Positions 1-7,324 of a stretch of 40,716 bases of DNA are shown here, piece after piece. This DNA is from Desulfobulbaceae bacterium (GTDB lineage: Bacteria; Desulfobacterota; Desulfobulbia; Desulfobulbales; Desulfobulbaceae): the NCBI GenBank assembly GCA_029865005.1, contig JAOTSI010000001.1, forward strand, positions 1 to 40,716, written 5' to 3'. How positions within the stretch are numbered: position 1 is the first letter of the stretch; every line of letters starts with the position of its first letter. A program made the translations under genes and the position numbers. The notes under the pieces were generated by a model that was not told the DNA's origin, did not search any database, and saw only the letters and a program-made list of their open reading frames with translations.

Positions 1-1934
1 GGGGTTGGTTCTATCTTCGGCCAATTAGTGTCTCGAACAAGGTCGGCGGAACCCCTTGCTAACCAGTATTTAAAATTATGATGAGAAAAATACCCTCTAG
101 TCACAAAGGGTCAACGAATTCGGATTTCGCATAAAAAAAGGCTCATGGCAGGATAATATAGACAAAAAATGCTCGATTAGGTAAAGGAATGTTACCTTAA
201 CCACAAACCATTACAAAACCGAGCATTTATGAATTTAGTATATCAAGAATCAACGATTGATGTAAGTAAAATATTTCGAGACCGTGGCGAAACCACAATA
301 AAAACGTGTGAATTTGAAGCTGAAATAGGCAACCAAAGCCAACGCCAATGGGCAATAGGGAATCAAATCCCAAGAACCACGCTTCAATATTGGCTGGAAC
401 GGAAAAAGAATATTGATGCCTCGGCAGAGCTTATTTCGTTCTTTGAAAGCCCTCATGGATTGGCATTTCTCCGCCGGTTGATAACCGCAGCTCATTTTGA
501 GTTTACCAAGGTTGGGGTTGCAAGTATACATAATGTATCTAACTTTCTTAAAGCATGTGGCCTTGAACCCTTTGTGGCCTGTTCATACCCTGTTCAACAA
601 AGAGTTTCGAAAAAGATGGATAATGAAATTAATAAATTCGGCAAATCTGAATGTGATCGATTAACCCCACAAATGCCCTCAAAGTCAATCACCTTAATGG
701 AAGATGAAACTTTTCACCCAGAGATCTGTCTTGTTGCTATGGAAGCGGTTTCGAACTACATCATTTTGGAAAAATATGTCTCAAATCGTGATGGAGCAAC
801 CTGGAATGTATCCGTGGAGGAGGCACTTTACGGTCTGCCTGTTAAGGTGATCCAGGTTGCCGGTGATGAAGGTAGCGGTTTGGTTAAACATGTGAAGAAA
901 GGACTTAATGCCCATCACTCCTCTGACACTTTCCATGTATCTCAAGAAATCGGAAAGGGAACCTCTGGCCCACTTGCATCGGAGATAAGGCGTAGTGAAA
1001 AAGTTCTTCTTACAACAGAAAAACTATTAGAAAAAATAATCAGGAAAAAACAGGCCTATGACAACCAGGCACGTCGGCCAAGAGGCAGGAGGCCAAACTT
1101 TGAACAAAAAATCAACGTCGCGGAGCAAGAACGAAAATCAGCAGTGGATAGATTAAAACAAGCACTTGAGAATCAAGAAGTTGCTCGTTCTGAAAGAAAA
1201 AAGATAGGCCACGTTTACCATCCTTATGACCCTTTAACAGGAAAAAAACAGGATGCGCAAACAGTAGAAAGTCTGCTAGGAGCTTGCTTTTCAATGATAA
1301 ATAAAGCGACGGCATGTCTTTCAAAAAAATGTCGTAAACATATTGATAAGGCCCATCGTGTTGTGTCCAATTTTGTTTCCACTATAGCCTTTTTCTACGC
1401 CATGGTGGATCAACATCTCGAAAATAAGGATCTTACCAAAACGGAAAGGGAAGTTCTACAGGACAATCTAATTCCTGGTTTTTATCTTGGCCTGGTTGCA
1501 AAAAAAGAAAAGGATAAAATTAGAAAAAAGCTCATTCAGGAAAAATCTATAGAGTTACTTTCGGTTACCAGCCAAAAAGACGGGCCCTTGGCCGCATTGA
1601 GCCCTCCCATGGTAGATGATCTAATAAAAATAGCCCGTGAATGTGCGCATTTTTTTCAAAGATCAAGTTCCAATGTCGAAGGGAGGAATGCTCAGCTTTC
1701 GCTCAGGCACCACGGAATACATAGATTGAGTGAAAGACATTTAAAGGCGCAGACAGTAATTCATAATTTTCACATCAAGAGAGATGGTAATACCACACCA
1801 GCTGAAAGATTTTTCGAAGCTAAACATGAAAATCTATTTGTTCATTTGCTGAACAATATGGATTATCCGGCTCGACCGAGTAAGCGTTTGTCTGTGGCAG
1901 TTTAAGCAAAATGGCCGAAGTTAGAACCAAGCCC
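1..1934 (+). mobile_element. Insertion sequence: one transposase ORF bounded by 26-bp imperfect terminal inverted repeats; family not assigned
   Basis: Left end 1-26 is ggggttggttctatcttcggccaatt. The reverse complement of 1909-1934 is gggcttggttctaacttcggccattt, 23/26 identical. These bracket a single 558-aa ORF. The window starts exactly at the left IR, so the target-site duplication cannot be assessed. Confidence 0.8.
229..1905 (+). CDS. Transposase (DDE-type, family unassigned)
   Basis: One long ORF fills the IR-bounded unit. It has a basic coiled middle region (RRPRGRRPNF). The C-terminal SNVEGRNAQLS block resembles the N-x-x-E-G-x-N segment that carries the catalytic Glu in several DDE transposase families. 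Confidence 0.8.
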   Translation: MNLVYQESTIDVSKIFRDRGETTIKTCEFEAEIGNQSQRQWAIGNQIPRTTLQYWLERKKNIDASAELISFFESPHGLAFLRRLITAAHFEFTKVGVASIHNVSNFLKACGLEPFVACSYPVQQRVSKKMDNEINKFGKSECDRLTPQMPSKSITLMEDETFHPEICLVAMEAVSNYIILEKYVSNRDGATWNVSVEEALYGLPVKVIQVAGDEGSGLVKHVKKGLNAHHSSDTFHVSQEIGKGTSGPLASEIRRSEKVLLTTEKLLEKIIRKKQAYDNQARRPRGRRPNFEQKINVAEQERKSAVDRLKQALENQEVARSERKKIGHVYHPYDPLTGKKQDAQTVESLLGACFSMINKATACLSKKCRKHIDKAHRVVSNFVSTIAFFYAMVDQHLENKDLTKTEREVLQDNLIPGFYLGLVAKKEKDKIRKKLIQEKSIELLSVTSQKDGPLAALSPPMVDDLIKIARECAHFFQRSSSNVEGRNAQLSLRHHGIHRLSERHLKAQTVIHNFHIKRDGNTTPAERFFEAKHENLFVHLLNNMDYPARPSKRLSVAV

Positions 1935-2054
1935 AAATAATATAAAGAAAAAGATTATTTTATTGAAAAAGGGCCACAGAAAATGGTCAGCCACTGGCAA
2001 CATAATGACCCCAATTGATATTTTTTTTTGCGAGGGACAACAGGGTGAGACAGA

Positions 2055-2522
2055 TTATTTTCTTAGCCACATAATAAAAGGATAAATGGGTTTTATAGCT
2101 AACAAAAAGAATTTATATTTTTCCCTCAGAATTTTATCAGAATATTGTTCGGCGTGATACTCAGAACCTTTTATGCCAGTGCTATGCATTAGTTTATTTT
2201 TATAATGATGCCCAATTTCATGATACAAGACCATAGCAAGTAAAAAACTTGGTATAAAGGGAATTAGATGTAAAAAAGTTGGCATCCCGTTATAAATCGT
2301 TCCAATAGCTAGTATTATTTTAGCATCATTATTTTTCCCTGGCGAGTATATCCCTCCACTATTGGTATATGTTTTGTTCTCAAACTTGTTAATTAATTCA
2401 ATCTTGTTGATTCCTATTAAATCTTGCGGAGGAACAAACTTTAAAAGTGCTTTTACACGTTTTAATACAAAAAAAGATATAATATTCTTCTCAAGAAAAC
2501 TGACAACTTTAATTTGATCCAA
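2055..2522 (-). CDS. Hypothetical small protein with an HExxH zincin motif (LYHEIGHHY) flanked by hydrophobic segments
   Basis: 155-aa ORF with a TTG start preceded by gagaaggaag (SD-like). The HExxH motif follows a hydrophobic helix (FLHLIPFIPSFLLAMVLYHEIGHH). It lies in an AT-rich islet. Confidence 0.5.
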   Translation of the reverse strand: MDQIKVVSFLEKNIISFFVLKRVKALLKFVPPQDLIGINKIELINKFENKTYTNSGGIYSPGKNNDAKIILAIGTIYNGMPTFLHLIPFIPSFLLAMVLYHEIGHHYKNKLMHSTGIKGSEYHAEQYSDKILREKYKFFLLAIKPIYPFIMWLRK

Positions 2523-2717
2523 ATCTTACTTCCTTCTCTTTAACTGACAAAATCATTATCATGCTTAATCGCACTCAATCGAAATATAAAGAATAAAACC
2601 AGTCCTTTCCCGCCATCAAAAAGACCCCCAATCTGGTCCATAAGCCTTGCTCCCCTAGATTTTGGAATTTGTAATAGTTCAACTGGCTCAATAACATGCT
2701 CAAGAGGAGGGGGAAAT

Positions 2718-2807
2718 ATGGGGACCCTATTGACTACGATGACTTTCTTTATGCTGCAAATAAGCCTAGAGGTTCAGGTTTTGGATTATAAGTTTTGCTT
2801 TTGCTAA
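2718..2807 (+). CDS. Candidate unannotated 29-codon sORF (MGTLLTTMTFFMLQISLEVQVLDYKFCFC)
   Basis: ATG at 2718 is preceded by aggaggggg with about 7-nt spacing. It sits in the 350-bp gap between two minus-strand genes and encodes a hydrophobic peptide ending in CFC. There is no other support. Confidence 0.25.
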   Translation: MGTLLTTMTFFMLQISLEVQVLDYKFCFC

Positions 2808-2873
2808 AAGTCATTTTTCAAGACAGGACCCCGCTTTTTAGAATTGGTTTTAAAGTAATATATAATAAGCATA

Positions 2874-3215
2874 CTATGTATTGACAAGGGGCGTATAGCA
2901 TGTCCCCCTGAATTTTCTTATCGAAGCAAAAGAGGACTGGTTGCTACACAGGTAGGTTGCTGGTTTGAATTGTATTTTTTTGGCATTTTTTGCAAAAATA
3001 ATAATACCTTTCTTTTTAAAAAAAAAGTATATTGCAAGTAATATAGTTATAAATACAAATAAATACGGGATCGCGGTACCGTATGATATAAACATTAAGA
3101 GCAGGAATGTCGGAGGGGTAATTAACAATAGTTGTAACCCGTTGGTAGCATAATACTTTTTCTTCAGCTCACGACCACATTCTTTACATATCATTATGAT
3201 TATATCTAGTAACAA
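2874..3215 (-). CDS. Hypothetical small membrane protein with an N-terminal CxxC (CKEC) motif and two hydrophobic helices
   Basis: ORF lies 7 nt downstream of the Sel1-repeat gene. The start is uncertain: TTG at 3215 or ATG at 3194 (MICKECGRELKK). It has two clear TM-like stretches. Confidence 0.4.
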   Translation of the reverse strand: MLLDIIIMICKECGRELKKKYYATNGLQLLLITPPTFLLLMFISYGTAIPYLFVFITILLAIYFFFKKKGIIIFAKNAKKIQFKPATYLCSNQSSFASIRKFRGTCYTPLVNT

Positions 3216-3221
3216 ATATTT

Positions 3222-3719
3222 TCAATCTATATCACAAAATGTTCCTTTATAAATGTCGTCCAAGATTTCAGCAGCTTTTTTAAATTTATTCGATTTTGCT
3301 TTTTTAAACCATTTAATAGCTAGATTAATATCTTTTCCTACACCTTCTCCAACAGCGTACATGTATCCTAAGTTGTACTGTGATTCAGCGTCACCTTTTT
3401 CTGCTGCTTTTTGAACCCAAATAAAAGCTTCTTTGAAGTCTTTAGAAACTCCTTTACCATGATAGTATGACATTCCAACGTTAGCTAAACCATGAATATT
3501 TTCTCGTTTTGCTGCTTCTTTGAACCAATAAAAAGATCTTTCATTGTTTTTATTAACACCTCGTCCCTCATCGTATCTTATTCCGATCATTATTTGTGAG
3601 AATGAACTGCCTAACATTGCAGCTTCTAAAAAATGTTTTGCCGATTTTTCCTCACTACCTAGCCATACCGTTATAAAAGCGAAATAATTATGGTAACAAA
3701 TTTTAATTTTTGAATACAT
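3222..3719 (-). CDS. Sel1-like (SLR/TPR-family) repeat protein
   Basis: About four tandem ~36-aa repeats have the Sel1 signature (GRGVNKNNERSFYWFKEAA, GKGVSKDFKEAFIWVQKAAEKGDAESQYNLGYMY, GEGVGKDINLAIKWFKKA). An SD (aggtgg) lies upstream of the ATG. Confidence 0.75.
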   Translation of the reverse strand: MYSKIKICYHNYFAFITVWLGSEEKSAKHFLEAAMLGSSFSQIMIGIRYDEGRGVNKNNERSFYWFKEAAKRENIHGLANVGMSYYHGKGVSKDFKEAFIWVQKAAEKGDAESQYNLGYMYAVGEGVGKDINLAIKWFKKAKSNKFKKAAEILDDIYKGTFCDID

Positions 3720-3879
3720 ATTTAGCCACCTAACTTAAAGCTAACCACCAGTCTACCTGGAGCAACCGGTTAATTATATGTAATGGGGCCAGGTGTTGAA
3801 TTATCAGCTCCCGCAACTCTATCTAACCCTCCCACTTGAGTTCCATTTGCAAAAACTGATGATACAAAACCGTACACCC

Positions 3880-4436
3880 CATAGCCGTCAGGCTAAGACG
3901 GATAACAAGAGGTATTGCATCGTAAAACAAACTAATAGTCTATCACGGATAGTAGGGGCACCCCCATAGCCGTCAGGCTAAGGAGAATATCCTATTAACA
4001 CATATGATTGAATCATGTTGCAGAATAAAAAAGGGCGATCACAAGGATCGCCCCTACGCACGCCCCAGCATTCGGGTAGATAAAATTTAATGATTAACGG
4101 ACCAACTCTAATCACATTGTCATATCTCAACGGTGTTGCACCATAATGGCACACCTTATATCCGCCACCTGTATCATCTTAATCTAATTTAATATTTTCT
4201 CTCTTTCTGGCCTTAGCCTGACGGCTATGGGGGCACCCCTTGTGGGTGCCCGTCTTAATCACCCTAAACTACAAGCATTTATTTATTGCTAACAGTTAAT
4301 ATAAAAATAATAATTTTCTATTTTTTTAATTAGCTCAGCGGGCACCCATAAGGGGTGCCCCTACAGCGCACAGCAAGATGCAAGTATATTTTGCACGCAA
4401 TATCTTGCTTTTGCAAGAACTAGCCTGACGGTTATG
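3880..4436 (-). mobile_element. MITE family B, outer copy, interrupted by a second family-B element
   Basis: It starts with catagccgtcaggctaa and ends with tagcctgacggttatg (inverted). Segments 3880-3964 plus 4230-4436 are the reverse complement of the copy at 18743-19022 over their whole length. Flanking direct repeats are ccgtaca(c/a) at 3870-3877 and 4437-4444. Confidence 0.75.
3965..4229. mobile_element. MITE family B, inner copy (same termini, different core), inserted into a hairpin of the outer copy
   Basis: The termini catagccgtcaggctaa ... ttagcctgacggctatg are perfect inverted repeats. It is flanked by a perfect direct duplication ggggcacccc (3955-3964 and 4230-4239). Removing it restores the hairpin gtaggggcaccccttgtgggtgccc seen intact elsewhere. 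Confidence 0.75.
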
Positions 4437-4442
4437 CCGTAC

Positions 4443-4580
4443 AACGGGCTGAAGCGAAAAGTTCTATAACATTGGATTCTAAGCGTTCACCAGTGATGCA
4501 GCAACGTGCGACCAGAGTGTCAACTAGAGCTAATCATGATGAATTCGGCCAGCTCATTAGCAGACATGGTGCTTGACACT
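4443..4580 (-). repeat. Family C palindromic repeat, degenerate copy
   Basis: It contains aaaagttctataacatt..ctaagcgttcaccagtg, which matches the copies at 10375, 17596 and 38073. The right arm (catggtgcttgacac) is decayed. Confidence 0.5.
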
Positions 4581-4639
4581 TTTACATTTTAAAATCTTAT
4601 AAGCTAAGCAAAATAGTTAATGATTTTCAAACAAGAATA

Positions 4640-7306
4640 TCAGTCAGCAAAAAACTGTTCCATGCTATAGCGTTGCTCCTTAGCGGAAGCAAAAAGTCTT
4701 TTTCGCTCCAGGTTTCTAAGCTTTTCCTTGTCATTTTCCCCTTCAGTTCGCTCCAAGCGAGCTGCATATAAGTCGGCAAGTCGTGCCGCTACTTTTGCAT
4801 CAAAGGGGTCATGATGGAGCCACTTAAACCATATACTTTCCAGATCCTTGTCATTGTCGCCATAGTCTTCCTGTTGCAGAAGAAGGGAGTTGGCAATAGC
4901 TGTGACCGGGAATCCTAGCTTATCAAGCCCCATGGGACGCTGGTTATCATGAAACTTCCCGGACCTTCTCCTCCCTCTCGTCCAAGGAGAAGCTTTCTCT
5001 CTAACAATGTTTCCGTAAGGCCCTAGGGGAGCGCGGCGAAAATGACAAATACACCCTTCCACTGTCTCAATGAGTTCATTTACAGCTATTTGGTGGTTAT
5101 TGAGTTTCATATTGGCTAAGGCTAAATAGAAAATGGTATCTTGATCATGTGAATCGGCGAGAATATTCACCCCTGTGGTGAGATCGCCCAAGGCAAGATC
5201 AACCATTCCTTCTGTATTTCGAGTTTCATCGCTAATAGTGCCGTTTTCACGGATATGGGTTATCAAATCTCGCGTTTCTGATAAGCGGTTATTATCTAGG
5301 AGATAGGTTAACGCATATTCAAAGACTGGATCTTCTTCCGCGTAATCGTCGTAGTGCTGTTGGCCCCATAAATGGGTTCCTTCATCAAAATCCTGGCCAA
5401 AATAGTCCACAATAGATTGAGTTACCCCATCGATATCATATTTTTGTGCAATGGCGGGTCGTGAACCGGGATAATCGTTATAAAGGATGGTTAAAGGCAG
5501 AAAAAAACCGTCATTAACTCCAGCAGCTTTGAAAAGATGTCTCTGACTAGCTGCATCCGAAAGGGTAGACATGTAATTAAGGTGGTAATGGAGATACTCA
5601 TCACTCATGGTGACAAGACGTTTGCTGATATGGTCCGGTATACGATTTTTTTCTGAATCAGGATAGGCCAGCACCAAGGTGTTATTCTGTTTTTTCCATG
5701 ATTTAATAAAGTCTTTTTGCAGATAATCAACCCAGATATCTCTGGTTGCAACATCGTAGGTAATAAATGTTTCTAAAAGATCATCATAACCGACTATTAC
5801 GAAAACATGGGCCGGCACATATACCATCACGGGAAATCCCGCATCAATGCATTTTTTAACATCATCAAGGGATGCCAGCGGAAGGAAATCGTGCCGCATA
5901 CCGTGTTGTCGGGCATACCAAGCTTGATCAACGACATTGGTGCCGCTTCCCAAGCCGGTAATTTGGCGGCCAATGGCAAGAGCATTGGTTTCAGAACCCC
6001 AAAATCTCATTACCAGTGCCAATGAATTAGGAACACAATAAGCACCTTTATAAGTGGTACGGGTCTCAACCCCAGGTAAAACAACTCTGTTGCCCGGTGT
6101 TTCGGCATGGGTGAGCTTATCGAGAAATCTACTTGATTTTCTAACTAATGTTTCCTCGTAAGTGTATTTGGAAACAACTTTACGGAATCCCTCAATGGCC
6201 TGCTGGTCATTCCCCATTTTATGAGCCAATAATGCCATTCGATATTGCAGATAGGAGGTACTATTATCGGCGGGGTCCATTTTCAACCCCTGCTGGTAGC
6301 AGTTTAAAGCATACTCAATGAGAGCATGTCTCTCAAAGTAACGACCGGCGGCATGATAAATTATACTCGGGTAACCGATTAAAATAACAAGGGTAATAGC
6401 TGCAGAAAAGTGAATGATTGGTACCTGGATGAGACGGCGTATTTTTGCCCTAAAAGAGGCTGGTTGCACAACATATATAAAAAGAACCGGCACCCACCAG
6501 AGACCCATGAACATGTTTCCCGCTAAAAAAGGAAATATTATCGCATCTCCCTCAACCCCGCTGGTTTGACCGGCCTGGTATCCTGGAAGGGCGATGGTTA
6601 TCTGGAGCGCAAAAAGCCAGGTGATTGTTATCCAGATCAGGATAAGAGCATAACTTACCATGGTCGGCGGTTCAATTTTTAACCTATTCTTGCCTAAATA
6701 CCCGCCACAGGCAGCACCGGTGATGCTTAGGCAGAAGACGGTAATCCCAAGGAAAAATAATGCCTGGTAATTCTCTGCGGCCACCGGCATATACATGGAG
6801 AAAAGATGATCGGTAGCAAGAATAAATAACACGGTTGCAACGGTGCCGAACATGGAAGCAATAAGCGGACCACCGACAATACCTGCAGCTAAATAGGATT
6901 TGTCCTGTTTGCGATGGGGTTCATACTTAAAATGATAGGTATCTGGACAAAGTGTATGGTGGCGTCGCATCACAATAAAAGTGAAACTAGCCCAACTAAG
7001 ATGAAATGCAGATAAAATCAAGGAGGACCAATACCATTTCATGGGATACAGAAGTAAAAATGCATAGAGCACAATTCCGGTCAATCCACCCAATAATGAG
7101 ATAATACGACCCTGTTTTGTTTTACCAGATCCGGAGAGAATAGAGCCCGCCATGGGACCTGAAACCAAAGGCCCGGATACTAGACTGAAAAGAGCCAAAA
7201 TTTCCGGTCGCACCAAAGGTGATGTCCCAGGTAATGGATTTACTTGAGCTGACGCTTCATGGTTATCCCTAGAATCGTCCATTGATTGAAACTGTGTATC
7301 TGACAT
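4640..7306 (-). CDS. Polytopic membrane protein with a TPR region and a C39-like (papain-fold) cysteine peptidase domain; Cys/His candidates intact
   Basis: 888 aa, with about 8 TM helices in the first ~320 aa and then a TPR-like stretch (YALNCYQQGLKMDP..YLQYRMALLAHKMGN). The peptidase_C39-like blocks are KGAYCVPNSLALVMRFWG and GFPVMVYVPAHVFVIVGYDD. A long helical tail follows. Confidence 0.7.
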   Translation of the reverse strand: MSDTQFQSMDDSRDNHEASAQVNPLPGTSPLVRPEILALFSLVSGPLVSGPMAGSILSGSGKTKQGRIISLLGGLTGIVLYAFLLLYPMKWYWSSLILSAFHLSWASFTFIVMRRHHTLCPDTYHFKYEPHRKQDKSYLAAGIVGGPLIASMFGTVATVLFILATDHLFSMYMPVAAENYQALFFLGITVFCLSITGAACGGYLGKNRLKIEPPTMVSYALILIWITITWLFALQITIALPGYQAGQTSGVEGDAIIFPFLAGNMFMGLWWVPVLFIYVVQPASFRAKIRRLIQVPIIHFSAAITLVILIGYPSIIYHAAGRYFERHALIEYALNCYQQGLKMDPADNSTSYLQYRMALLAHKMGNDQQAIEGFRKVVSKYTYEETLVRKSSRFLDKLTHAETPGNRVVLPGVETRTTYKGAYCVPNSLALVMRFWGSETNALAIGRQITGLGSGTNVVDQAWYARQHGMRHDFLPLASLDDVKKCIDAGFPVMVYVPAHVFVIVGYDDLLETFITYDVATRDIWVDYLQKDFIKSWKKQNNTLVLAYPDSEKNRIPDHISKRLVTMSDEYLHYHLNYMSTLSDAASQRHLFKAAGVNDGFFLPLTILYNDYPGSRPAIAQKYDIDGVTQSIVDYFGQDFDEGTHLWGQQHYDDYAEEDPVFEYALTYLLDNNRLSETRDLITHIRENGTISDETRNTEGMVDLALGDLTTGVNILADSHDQDTIFYLALANMKLNNHQIAVNELIETVEGCICHFRRAPLGPYGNIVREKASPWTRGRRRSGKFHDNQRPMGLDKLGFPVTAIANSLLLQQEDYGDNDKDLESIWFKWLHHDPFDAKVAARLADLYAARLERTEGENDKEKLRNLERKRLFASAKEQRYSMEQFFAD

Positions 7307-7324
7307 AATATTTGATTATTTTAA

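Noticed and set aside
3950-4365. Repeated GC-rich hairpin motifs (gggcaccc-acaagg-ggtgccc, gggcgatc-acaa-ggatcgccc) separated by AT-rich DNA, which at first glance suggested a small CRISPR-like array
   Set aside because: There are only 2-3 motifs. They are palindromic stems and not direct repeats, and their spacing is irregular. All lie inside MITE copies that recur elsewhere (18820-18955, 11055). No cas genes are present.
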